Notes under the pieces: model-generated | Databases searched by the model: none | Told to the model about the DNA's origin: nothing | Seen by the model: only the letters and a program-made list of their open reading frames with translations | Shown here: in pieces, positions 42,761 through 57,011 of the stretch | How positions within the stretch are numbered: position 1 is the first letter of the stretch | Layout: each line of letters begins with the position of its first letter | NCBI RefSeq assembly: GCF_009914755.1 | Contig: NC_060948.1 | DNA from: the human T2T-CHM13v2.0 reference genome, Homo sapiens | Length of the DNA stretch: 64,000 nucleotides | Strand: one strand, 5' to 3' | Translations under genes and position numbers: made by a program

Positions 42761-45700
42761 AACTTTAATGGAATGTACTCGAATGGATTCGACTGGAATG
42801 GAATGTTCTGGAAGTGAATGGACTCCAATGGAATGGATTCCAAAGGAATGGAATCGTACGGAATGGAATCTAATGGAATGGAATTAAATGGAAATGAATC
42901 AAATTGAATAGCACGGAATTGAATTGAATGGAATGGAATGCAATGGAATCTAATGAAACGGAAAGGAAAGGAATGGAATGGAATGGAATGGGCTGGAATG
43001 GAAAGGAATCGAAACGAATGGAATGGAATCGAACTGAAGAGACTGGAATGGAATGCACTGGAATGGAAGGGAGTGTAATGGAAGGTTCTCGAAAAAAATG
43101 GAATCGAATGGAATGGAATTGAATGGAACGGAATAGAGTCGAATGGAATTGAATGGAATGGAATGGACTAGAGTGATATGGAATCGAACCACAAGGAATG
43201 GAGAGGAATAGAATGGTCTCGAATTGAATGGAATCGTATGGAGTGGCATCAAACGGAATGGAATGGACAGCCACGGAATGGAATGCACTCGAATGCAATG
43301 GAGTCGAAACTAATGGACTGGAATAGAATGGACTCGACTGGTACGGACTCCAATGGAATGGAATCGAATGGAAGGGAATCGAACGGAATGGACTCGAAGG
43401 GAAAAGACTGCAATGGAAAGGTCTCGAATGGAATGGAAATTAATGGAATGGAATGGAATCGAATGAAATGGAGTCAAAAGGAATGGAATCGAATGGCAAC
43501 AAATCGAATGTAATGGAATCGCAAGGAATTGATGTGAAAGGAACGGAATGGAATGGAATCCAAAGGAATGGAATAGAATGGAATGGAATCGAATGGAAAG
43601 GACTCGAATGGAAATCACTCGAATAGAATGCAATTTAATAAAATAGGATCAAATGTAATGGAATGGAATGGAAAGGAATCGAAACGAAAGGAATGGAGAC
43701 AGATGGAATGGAATGGAACAGAGAGCAATGGTATAGAATGGAATGGAATCATCTGGAATGGAATTGAATGGAATGGAATAATATGAAATGGAATGGAATG
43801 GAATGGAATGGAATGCCCTTGAATTAAATGGACTGGAATGGAATGGACTCGAACAGAGTGGAATGGAAAGTGTTGAGATAGAATGGAATGGACTCCTTTG
43901 GAATGGTGTAGTATGCAATGCAATCGACTGGCAGGGAATCAAAAGGAATGTAATGGAATGGACTGGACTGGAATGCAATGGACTCGAATAGATTGGAAAC
44001 GGAATGCAAAGAAATGGAATGGAATAGTATGGAATGGAATGGAAAGGAATGGAGTGGAATAGACTAGAGTGGAATGGAATGGACTGGAAAGCAATGGACT
44101 GGAATGGAACTTTCTTGAATGGACTGGAATCAAACGGAATGGAATGCAATGCAATCAAATGGCATGGAATAAAATAGAATGAAAGAGAATCAAATGGAAT
44201 TGAATCGAATGGAATCGAATGGATTGGAAAGGAATAGAATGGAATGGAATGGAATGGACTCAAATGGAATGGACTAGAATGGAATGGATTCGAATGGAAG
44301 GCAAAGGAATGGAATCTATTGGAATGGACTGTAATGGAATGGAATGGAAGGGATTGGAATGGACTCGAATGGAATGGACTGCAATAGAAAGGATTCGAAT
44401 GGAATGAAAAAGAATTGAATGGAATAGAACAGAATGGAATCAAATCGAATGAAATGGAATGGAATAGAAAGGAATGGAATGAAATGGAATGGAAAGGATT
44501 CGAATGGAATGCAATCGAATGGAATGGAATCGAACGGAATGGAATAAAATGGAAGAAAACTGGCAAGAAATGGAATCGAAATGAATGGAGTGTTATGGAA
44601 CGGACTCAAAAGGAATTGAATGTAATAGAATGGAGTGGAGTGGACTCGAATATAATGGACTGGAATGGAATGAAATCACATGGAATGGGAACGAATGGAA
44701 TGGAATGGAAAGGAATGGAATCGAATGGAAAGGAATCGAATGGAAGGGAATGAAATTGAATCAACAGGAATGGAAGGGAATAGAATAGACGGTAATGGAA
44801 TGGACTCGAATAGAATGGACACGAATGCTCAAATTAAATGGACTCGAATGGAATGGAAACGAAAGGAATGTCATCGAATGGAATTGAATCGATTGGAATG
44901 AAATCGCATAGAATGGAGTGGAATCAAATGGAATTGAATCGAAAGGAAAGGAAGCGAATGGACTGAAATGAAATGGAATGGAATTGAATGGAAAGTAACG
45001 CAATGGAGTAGAATGGAACGAAATTTCACGCAATGGAATCAAACTGAATGGAATCAAATCAATGGAATCAAATCAAATGGAATGGAAAGGAATTGAATGG
45101 AGTAGATTGGATTGGATGGGATTGGAATGAAATGTACTGGAAAGGACTCGAATTTCATGAAACGGAATGGAATGAATTGGAACGGAATGGACTCGAATGG
45201 AATGGAATGTCATGGAATGGCATCAAATGGAATGGCATCAAATGGAATGGAATCGAATGCAATGGAATGCTATGGAATGGAATGGAATGCATTGGAATGG
45301 AATGTCCTCTAATGGAATGGATTCGAGTGGAATGGAATCGAATATAATGGAGTCGAATGAAATGGAATTGAAAGGAATGGGATCGAATAGAATGGAATAT
45401 ACTGGAATGTAATGTAATGAACTCGAATGTAATTGACTGGAATGGAATGTACATGAATGGAATGTAATCGAATGGAAAGTAATCCAATGGAATAGAATCT
45501 AATGCAATAAAACCGACTCAGATAGAGTAGAATGTAATGGAATGGAGTGCAGTGCAATGGAAGGGAATGGAATTGAATGCAATGGAATGGAATGGAATGG
45601 AATGGAATGGAATGGAATGGAATGGAATGGAATGGGATGGAATGGTATGGAATGGATAGTAATGGACTGGAGTGAAATGGACTGGAAAGGAATGGACTCA

Positions 45701-46319
45701 AATTGAAAGGGCTCGAAAGGAATGGAGTCAAATGGAATGGTCTGGAATGGAATGAACACGAATGTAATGCAATCCAATAGAATGGAATCGAATGGCATGG
45801 ATTATAAAGAAATGGAATCGAAGAGAATGGAAACAAATGGAATGGAATTGAATGGAATGGGAACGAATGGAGTGAAATTGTATGCAGTAGAAGGGAATAG
45901 AATGGAATGCAAGCGAAAGGAAAGGAATGGATTGGAATGGAATGGAATTCATTGGAATGGAAGGGAATGTAGTGTAATGGACAGGCCTGGAATAAAGTGG
46001 AATGCTACGGTCTCGAATGGAATAAAAATGTATGGAATGGAATGCAATGAAACGGAATCGAATGTCATAGAATGTAATGGAATGCAAAAAAATGGAATCC
46101 AAAATCATTGACTGGAAAGGCTGGGTGTCGAAAGGAATTGACTCCAATGGAATGGAATCGAATGGAATGGAAGTGAATAGAATCGAACTAAATCGAATGG
46201 AATGGAATTGATAGGAACGGAATGGAAAGGAATGCAATGATTTGGCATGGAATGGAATCGAATGGCATCGAATGGAATGGAATGGAATGCAATGGAATGG
46301 AATGTATTAGAATGTAATG
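42761..46319 (+). repeat. Unit U13 (3559 bp), type B
   Basis: Anchor at 42761. B markers; 15-bp deletion at ~45850. Confidence 0.9.
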
Positions 46320-49300
46320 AACTTTAATGGAATGTACTCGAATGGATTCGACTGGAATGGAATGTTCTGGAAGTGAATGGACTCCAATGGAATGGATTCA
46401 AAAGGAATGGAATCGTACGGAATGGAATCTAATGGAATGGAATTAAATGGAAATGAATCAAATTGAATAGCACGGAATTGAATTGAATGGAATGGAATGC
46501 AATGGAATCTAATGAAATGGAAAGGAAAGGAATGGAATGGAATGGAATGGACTGGAATGGAAAGGAATCGAAACGAATGGAATGGAATCGAACTGAAGAG
46601 ACTGGAATGGAATGCACTGGAATGGAAGGGAGTGTAATGGAAGGTTCTCGAAAAAAATGGAATCGAATGGAATGGAATTGAATGGAACGGAATAGAGTCG
46701 AATGGAATTGAATGGAATGGAATGGACTAGAGTGAAATGGAATCGAACCACAAGGAATGGACATGAATAGAGTGGTCTCGAATTGAATGGAATCGTATGG
46801 AATGGCATCAAACGGAATGGAATGGACAGCCACGGAATGGAATGCACTCGAATGCAATGGAGTCGAAACTAATGGACTGGAATAGAATGGACTCGACTGG
46901 TACGGACTCCAATGGAATGGAATCGAATGGAAGGGAATCGAACGGAATGGACTCGAAGGGAAAAGACTGCAATGGAAAGGTCTCGAATGGAATGGAAATT
47001 AATGGAATGGAATGGAATCGAATGAAATGTAGTCAAAAGGAATGGAATCGTATGACAAGAAATCGAATGTAATGGAATCACAAGGAATTGATGTGAACGG
47101 AACGGAATGGAATGGAATCCAAAGGAATGGAATAGAATGGAATGGAATCGAATGGAAAGGACTCGAATGGAAATCACTCGAATAGAATGCAATTTAATAA
47201 AATAGGATCAAATGTAATGGAATGGAATGAAAAGGAATCGAAACGAAAGGAATGGAGACAGATGGAATGGAATGGAACAGAGAGCAATGGTATAGAATGG
47301 AATGGAATCATCTGGAATGGAATTGAATGGAATGGAATAATATGAAATGGAATGGAATGGAATGGAATGGAATGCCCTTGAATTAAATGGACTGGAATGG
47401 AATGGACTCGAACAGAGTGGAATGGAAAGTGTTGAGATAGAATGGAATGGACTCCTTTGGAATGGTGTAGTATGCAATGCAATCGACTGGCAGGGAATCA
47501 AAAGGAATGTAATCGAATGGATTGGACTGGAATGCAATGGACTCGAATAGATTGGAAACGGGATGCAAAGGAATGGAATGGAATAGTATGGAATGGAATG
47601 GAAAGGAATGGAGTGGAATAGACTAGAGTGGAATGGAATGGACTGGAAAGCAATGGACTGGAATGGAACTTTCTTGAATGGACTGGAATCAAACGGAATG
47701 GAATGCAATGCAATCAAATGGCATGGAATAAAATAGAATGAAAGAGAATCAAATGGAATTGAATCGAATGGAATCGAATGGATTGGAAAGGAATAGAATG
47801 GAATGGAATGGAATTGACTCAAATGGAATGGACTAGAATGGAATGGATTCGAATGGAAGGCAAAGGAATGGAATCTATTGGAATGGCCTGTAATGGAATG
47901 GAATGGAAGGGATTGGAATGGACTCGAATGGAATGGACTGCTATAGAAAGGATTCGAATGGAATGAAAAAGAATTGAATGGAATAGAACAGAATGGAATC
48001 AAATCGAATGAAATGGAATGGAATAGAAAGGAATGGAATGAAATGGAATGGAAAGGATTCGAATGGAATGCAATCGAATGGAATGGAATCGAACGGAATG
48101 GAATAAAATGGAAGAAAACTGGCAAGAAATGGAATCGAAATGAATGGAGTGTTATGGAACGGACTCAAAAGGAATTGAATGTAATAGAATGGAGTGGAGT
48201 GGACTCGAATATAATGGACTGGAATGGAATGAAATCACATGGAATGGGAACGAATGGAATGGAATGGAAAGGAATGGAATCGAATGGAAAGGAATCGAAT
48301 GGAAGGGAACGAAATTGAATCAACAGGAATGGAAGGGAATAGAATAGACGGTAATGGAATGGACTCGAATAGAATGGACACGAATGCTCAAATTGAATGG
48401 ACTCGAATGGAATGGAAACGAAAGGAATGTCATCGAATGGAATTGAATCGATTGGAATGAAATCGCACAGAATGGAGTGGAATCAAATGGAATTGAATCG
48501 AAAGGAAAGGAAGCGAATGGACTGAAATGAAATGGAATGGAATTGAATGGAAAGTAATGCAATGGAATAGAATGGAACTAAATTTCACGGAATGGAATCA
48601 AACTGAATGGAATCAAATCAATGGAATCAAATCAAATGGAATGGAAAGGAATTGAATGGAGTAGATTGGATTGGATGGGATTGGAATGAAATGTACTGGA
48701 AAGGACTCGAATTTCATGAAACGGAATGGAATGAATTGGAACGGAATGGACTCGAATGGAATGGAATGTCATGGAATGGCATCAAATGGAATGGCATCAA
48801 ATGGAATGGAATCGAATGCAATGGAATGCTATGGAATGGAATGGAATGCATTGGAATGGAATGTCCTCTAATGGAATGGATTCGAGTGGAATGGAATCGA
48901 ATATAATGGAGTCGAATGAAATGGAATTGAAAGGAATGGGATCGAATACAATGGAATATACTGGAATGTAATGTAATGAACTCGAATGTAATTGACTGGA
49001 ATGGAATGTACATGAATGGAATGTAATCGAATGGAAAGTAATCCAATGGAATAGAATCTAATGCAATAAAATCGACTCAGATAGAGTAGAATGTAATGGA
49101 ATGGAGTGCAGTGCAATGGAATGGAATGGAATGGAATGCAATGGAATGGAATGGAATGGAATGGAATGGAATGGAATGGGATGGAATGGTATGGAATGGA
49201 TAGTAATGGACTGGAGTGAAATGGACTGGAAAGGAATGGAATCAAATTGAAAGGGCTCGAAAGGAATGGAGTCAAATGGAATGGTCTGGAATGGAATGAA

Positions 49301-49878
49301 CACGAATGTAATGCAATCCAATAGAATGGAATCGAATGGCATGGAATATAAAGAAATGGAATCGGAGAGAATGGAAACAAATGGAATGGAATTGAATGGA
49401 ATGGAATTGAATGGAATGGGAACGAATGGAGTGAAATTGTATGCAGTAGAAGGGAATAGAATGGAATGCAAGCGAAAGGAAAGGAATGGATTGGAATGGA
49501 ATGGAATTCATTGGAATGGAAGGGAATGTAGTGTAATGGACAGGCCTGGAATAAAGTGGAATGCTACGGTCTCGAATGGAATAAAAATGTATGGAATGGA
49601 ATGCAATGAAACGGAATCGAATGTCATAGAATGTAATGGAATGCAAAAAAATGGAATCCAAAATCATTGACTGGAAAGGCTGGGTGTCGAAAGGAATTGA
49701 CTCCAATGGAATGGAATCGAATGGAATGGAAGTGAATAGAATCGAACTAAATCGAATGGAATGGAATTGATAGGAACGGAATGGAAAGGAATGCAATGAT
49801 TTGGCATGGAATGGAATCGAATGGCATCGAATGGAATGGAATGGAATGCAATGGAATGGAATGTATTAGAATGTAATG
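46320..49878 (+). repeat. Unit U14 (3559 bp), C-left/U11-like chimera
   Basis: Anchor at 46320. Extra HaeIII site at 47885-47888. Confidence 0.9.
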
Positions 49879-52800
49879 AACTTTAATGGAATGTACTCGA
49901 ATGGATTCGACTGGAATGGAATGTTCTGGAAGTGAATGGACTCCAATGGAATGGATTCAAAAGGAATGGAATCGTACGGAATGGAATCTAATGGAATGGA
50001 ATTAAATGGAAATGAATCAAATTGAATAGCACGGAATTGAATTGAATGGAATGGAATGCAATGGAATCTAATGAAACGGAAAGGAAAGGAATGGAATGGA
50101 ATGGAATGGACTGGAATGGAAAGGAATCGAAACGAATGGAATGGAATCGAACTGAAGAGACTGGAATGGAATGCACTGGAATGGAAGGGAGTGTAATGGA
50201 AGGTTCTCGAAAAAAATGGAATCGAATGGAATGGAATTGAATGGAACGGAATAGAGTCGAATGGAATTGAATGGAATGGAATGGACTAGAGTGAAATGGA
50301 ATCGAACCACAAGGAATGGAGAGGAATAGAATGGTCTCGAATTGAATGGAATCGTATGGAATGGCATCAAACGGAATGGAATGGACAGCCACGGAATGGA
50401 ATGCACTCGAATGCAATGGAGTCGAAACTAATGGACTGGAATAGAATGGACTCGACTGGTACGGACTCCAATGGAATGGAATCGAATGGAAGGGAATCGA
50501 ACGGAATGGACTCGAAGGGAAAAGACTGCAATGGAAAGGTCTCGAATGGAATGGAAATTAATGGAATGGAATGGAATCGAATGAAATGGAGTCAAAAGGA
50601 ATGGAATCGAATGGCAAGAAATCGAATGTAATGGAATCACAAGGAATTGATGTGAACGGAACGGAATGGAATGGAATCCAAAGGAATGGAATAGAATGGA
50701 ATGGAATCGAATGGAAAGGACTCGAATGGAAATCACTCGAATAGAATGCAATTTAATAAAATTGGATCAAATTTAATGGAATGGAATGAAAAGGAATCGA
50801 AACGAAAGGAATGGAGACAGACGGAATGGAATGGAACAGAGAGCAATGGTATAGAATGGAATGGAATCATCTGGAATGGAATTGAATGGAATGGAATAAT
50901 ATGAAATGGAATGGAATGGAATGGAATGGAATGCCCTTGAATTAAATGGACTGGAATGGAATGGACTCGATCAGAGTGGAATGGAAAGTGTTGAGATAGA
51001 ATGGAATGGACTCCTTTGGAATGGTGTAGTATGCAATGCAATCGACTGGCAGGGAATCAAAAGGAATGTAATCGAATGGATTGGACTGGAATGCAATGGA
51101 CTCGAATAGATTGGAAACGGAATGCAAAGGAATGGAATGGAATAGTATGGAATGGAATGGAAAGGAATGGAGTGGAATAGACTAGAGTGGAATGGAATGG
51201 ACTGGAAAGCAATGGACTGGAATGGAACTTTCTTGAATGGACTGGAATCAAACGGAATGGAATGCAATGCAATCAAATGGCATGGAATAAAATAGAATGA
51301 AAGAGAATCAAATGGAATTGAATCGAATGGAATCGAATGGATTGGAAAGGAATAGAATGGAATGGAATGGAATTGACTCAAATGGAATGGACTAGAATGG
51401 AATGGATTCGAATGGAAGGCAAAGGAATGGAATCTATTGGAATGGACTGTAATGGAATGGAATGGAAGGGATTGGAATGGGCTCGAATGGAATGGACTGC
51501 AATAGAAAGGATTCCAATGGAATGAAAAAGAATTGAATGGAATAGAACAGAATGGAATCAAATCGAATGAAATGGAATGGAATAGAAAGGAATGGAATGA
51601 AATGGAATGGAAAGGATTCGAATGGAATGCAATCGAATGGAATGGAATCGAACGGAATGGAATAAAATGGAAGAAAACTGGCAAGAAATGGAATCGAAAT
51701 GAATGGAGTGTTATGGAACGGAGTCAAAAGGAATTGAATGTAATAGAATGGAGTGGAGTGGACTCGAATATAATGGACTGGAATGGAATGAAATCACATG
51801 GAATGGGAACGAATGGAATGGAATGGAAAGGAATGGAATCGAATGGAAAGGAATCGAATGGAAGGGAATGAAATTAAATCAACAGGAATGGAAGGGAATA
51901 GAATAGACGGTAATGGAATGGACTCGAATAGAATGGACAGGAATGCTCAAATTGAATGGACTCGAATGGAATGGAAACGAAATGAATGTCATCGAATGGA
52001 ATTGAATCGATTGGAATGAAATCATATAGAATGGAGTGGAATCAAATGGAATTGAATCGAAAGGAAAGGAAACAAATGGACTGAAATGAAATGGAATGGA
52101 ATTGAATGGAAAGTTATGTAATGGAATAGAATGGAACGAAATTTCACGGAATGGATTCAAACTGAATGGAATCAAATCAATGGAATCAAATCAAATGGAA
52201 TGGAAAGGAATTGAATGGAGTAGATTGGATTGGATGGGATTGGAATGAAATGTACTGGAAAGGACTCGAATTTCATGAAACGGAATGGAATGAATTGGAA
52301 CGGAACGGAATCGAATGGAATGGAATGTCATGGAATGGCATCAAATGGAATGGCATCAAATGGAATGGAATCGAATGCAATGGAATGCTATGGAATGGAA
52401 TGGAATGCATTGGAATGGAATGTCCTCTAATGGAATGGATTCGAGTGGAATGGAATCGAATATAATGGAGTCGAATGAAATGGAATTGAAAGGAATGGGA
52501 TCGAATACAATGGAATATACTGGAATGTAATGTAATGAACTCGAATGTAATTGACTGGAATGGAATGTACATGAATGGAATGTAATCGAATGGAAAGTAA
52601 TCCAATGGAATAGAATCTAATGCAATAAAATCGACTCAGATAGAGTAGAATGTAATGGAATGGAGTGCAGTGCAATGGAATGGAATGGAATGCAATGGAA
52701 TGGAATGGAATGGAATGGAATGGAATGGAATGGAATGGAATGGTGTGGAATGGATAGTAATGGACTGGAGTGAAATGGACTGGAAAGGAATGGACTCAAA

Positions 52801-53432
52801 TTGAAAGGGCTCGAAAGGAATGGAGTCAAATGGAATGGTCTGGAATGGAATGAACACGAATGTAATGCAATCCAATAGAATGGAATCGAATGGCATGGAA
52901 TATAAAGAAATGGAATCGAAGAGAATGGAAACAAATGGAATGGAATTGAGTGGAATCGAATTGAATGGAATGGGAACGAATGGAGTGAAATTGTATGCAG
53001 TAGAAGAGAATAGAATGGAATGCAAGCGAAAGGAAAGGAATGGATTGGAATGGAATGGAATTCATTGGAATGGAAGGGAATGTAGTGTAATGGACAGGCC
53101 TGGAATAAAGTGGAATGCTACGGTCTCGAATGGAATAAAAATGTATGGAATGGAATGCAATGAAACGGAATCGAATGTCATAGAATGTAATGGAATGCAA
53201 AAAAATGGAATCCAAAATCATTGACTGGAAAGGCTGGGTGTCGAAAGGAATTGACTCCAATGGAATGGAATCGAATGGAATGGAAGTGAATAGAATCGAA
53301 CTAAATCGAATGGAATGGAATTGATAGGAACGGAATGGAAAGGAATGCAATGATTTGGCATGGAATGGAATCGAATGGCATCGAATGGAATGGAATGGAA
53401 TGCAATGGAATGGAATGTATTAGAATGTAATG
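49879..53432 (+). repeat. Unit U15 (3554 bp), most divergent unit
   Basis: Anchor at 49879. Dense private substitutions at 51870-52160. Confidence 0.9.
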
Positions 53433-56400
53433 AACTTTAATGGAATGTACTCGAATGGATTCGACTGGAATGGAATGTTCTGGAAGTGAATGGACTCCAA
53501 TGGAATGGATTCCAAAGGAATGGAATCGTACGGAATGGAATCTAATGGAATGGAATTAAATGGAAATGAATCAAATTGAATAGCACGGAATTGAATTGAA
53601 TGAAATGGAATGCAATGGAATCTAATGAAACGGAAAGGAAAGGAATGGAATGGAATGGAATGGGCTGGAATGGAAAGGAATCGAAACGAATGGAATGGAA
53701 TCGAACTGAAGAGACTGGAATGGAATGCACTGGAATGGAAGGGAGTGTAATGGAAGGTTCTCGAAAAAAATGGAATCGAATGGAATGGAATTGAATGGAA
53801 CGGAATAGAGTCGAATGAAATTGAATGGAATGGAATGGACTAGAGTGAAATGGAATCGAACCACAAGGAATGGACAGGAATAGAATGGTCTCGAATTGAA
53901 TGGAATCGTATGGAATGGCATCAAACGGAATGGAATGGACAGCCACGGAATGGAATGCACTCGAATGCAATGGAGTCGAAACTAATGGACTGGAATAGAA
54001 TGGACTCGACTGGTACGGACTCCAATGGAATGGAATCGAATGGAAGGGAATCGAACGGAATGGACTCGAAGGGAAAAGACTGCAATGGAAAGGTCTCGAA
54101 TGGAATGGAAATTAATGGAATGGAATGGAATCGAATGAAATGGAGTCAAAAGGAATGGAATCGAATGGCAAGAAATCGAATGTAATGGAATCGCAAGGAA
54201 TTGATGTGAACGGAACGGAATGGAATGGAATCCAAAGGAATGGAATAGAATGGAATGGAATCGAATGGAAAGGACTCGAATGGAAATCACTCGAATAGAA
54301 TGCAATTTATTAAAATAGGATCAAATGGAATGGAATGGAATGGAAAGGAATCGAAACGAAAGGAATGGAGACAGATGGAATGGAATGGAACAGAGAGCAA
54401 TGCTATAGAATGGAATGGAATCATCTGGAATGGAATTGAATGGAATGGAATAATATGAAATGGAATGGAATGGAATGGAATGGAATGCCCTTGAATTAAA
54501 TGGACTGGAATGGAATGGACTCCAACAGAGTGGAATGGAAAGTGTTGAGATAGAATGGAATGGACTCCTTTGGAATGGTCTAGTATGCAATGCAATAGAC
54601 TGGCAGGGAATCAAAAGGAATGTAATCGAATGGATTGGACTGGAATGCAATGGACTCGAATAGATTGGAAACGGAATGCAAAGGAATGGAATGGAATAGT
54701 ATGGAATGGAATGGAAAGGAATGGAGTGGAATAGACTAGAGTGGAATGGAATGGACTGGAAAGCAATGGACTGGAATGGAACTTTCTTGAATGGACTGGA
54801 ATCAAACGGAATGGAATGCAATGCAATCAAATGGCATGGAATAAAATAGAATGAAAGAGAATCAAATGGAATTGAATCGAATGGAATCGAATGGATTGGA
54901 AAGGAATAGAATGGAATGGAATGGAATTGACTCAAATGGAATGGACTAGAATGGAATGGATTCGAATGGAAGGCAAAGGAATGGAATCTATTGGAATGGA
55001 CTGTAATGGAATGGAATGGAAGGGATTGGAATGGACTCGAATGGAATGGACTGCAATAGAAAGGATTCCAATGGAATGAAAAAGAATTGAATGGAATAGA
55101 ACAGAATGGAATCAAATCGAATGAAATGGAATGGAATAGAAAGGAATGGAATGAAATGGAATGGAAAGGATTCGAATGGAATGCAATCGAATGGAATGGA
55201 ATCGAACGGAATGGAATAAAATGGAAGAAAACTGGCAAGAAATGGAATCGAAATGAATGGAGTATTATGGAACGGACTCAAAAGGAATTGAATGTAATAG
55301 AATGGAGTGGAGTGGACTCGAATATAATGGACTGGAATGGAATGAAATCACATGGAATGGGAACGAATGGAATGGAATGGAAAGGAATGGAATCGAATGG
55401 AAAGGAATCGAATGGAAGGGAATGAAATTGAATCAACAGGAATGGAAGGGAATAGAATAGACGGTAATGGAATGGACTCGAATAGAATGGACACGAATGC
55501 TCAAATTGAATGGACTCGAATGGAATGGAAACGAAAGGAATGTCATCGAATGGAATTGAATCGATTGGAATGAAATCGCATAGAATGGAGTGGAATCAAA
55601 TGGAATTGAATCGAAAGGAAAGGAAGCGAATGGACTGAAATGAAATGGAATGGAATTGAATGGAAAGTAATGCAATGGAATAGAATGGAACGAAATTTCA
55701 CGGAATGGAATCAAACTGAATGGAATCAAATCAATGGAATCTAATCAAATGGAATGGAAAGGAATTGAATGGAGTAGATTGGATTGGATGGGATTGGAAT
55801 GAAATCTACTGGAAAGGACTCGAATTTCATGAAACGGAATGGAATGAATTGGAACGGAATGGACTCGAATGGAATGGAATGTCATGGAATGGCATCAAAT
55901 GGAATGGCATCAAATGGAATGGAATCGAATGCAATGGAATGTTATGGAATGGAATGGAATGCATTGGAATGGAATGTCCTCTAATGGAATGGATTCGAGT
56001 GGAATGGAATCGAATATAATGGAGTCGAATGAAATGGAATTGAAAGGAATGGGATCGAATAGAATGGAATATACTGGAATGTAATGTAATGAACTCGAAT
56101 GTAATTGACTGGAATGGAATGTACATGAATGGAAGGTAATCGAATGGAAAGTAATCCAATGGAATAGAATCTAATGCAATAAAACCGACTCAGATAGAGT
56201 AGAATGTAATGGAATGGAGTGCAGTGCAATGGAATGGAATGGAATTGAATGCAAAGGAATGGAATGGAATGGAATGGAATGGAATGGAATGGAATGGAAT
56301 GGAATGGAATGGGATGGAATGGTATGGAATGGATAGAAATGGACTGGAGTGAAATGGACTGGAAAGGAATGGACTCAAATTGAAAGGGCTCGAAAGGAAT

Positions 56401-57011
56401 GGAGTCAAATGGAATGGTCTGGAATGGAATGAACACGAATGTAATGCAATCCAATAGAATGGAATCGAATGGCATGGAATATAAAGAAATGGATACGAAG
56501 AGAATGGAAACAAATGGAATGGAATTGAATGGAATGGAATTGAATGGAATGGGAACGAATGGAGTGAAATTGTATGCAGTAGAAGGGAATAGAATGGAAT
56601 GCAAGCGAAAGGAAAGGAATGGATTGGAATGGAATGGAATTCATTGGAATGGAAGGGAATGTAGTGTAATGGACAGGCCTGGAATAAAGTGGAATGCTAC
56701 GGTCTCGAATGGAATAAAAATGTATGGAATGGAATGCAATGAAACGGAATCGAATGTCATAGAATGTAATGGAATGCAACAAAATGGAATCCAAAATCAT
56801 TGACTGGAAAGGCTGGGTGTCGAAAGGAATTGACTCCAATGGAATGGAATCGAATGGAATGGAAGTGAATAGAATCGAACTAAATCGAATGGAATGGAAT
56901 TGATAGGAACGGAATGGAAAGGAATGCAATGATTTGGCATGGAATGGAATCGAATGGCATCGAATGGAATGGAATGGAATGCAATGGAATGGAATGTATT
57001 AGAATGTAATG
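53433..57011 (+). repeat. Unit U16 (3579 bp)
   Basis: Anchor at 53433. Shares about 12 markers with U18. Confidence 0.9.
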
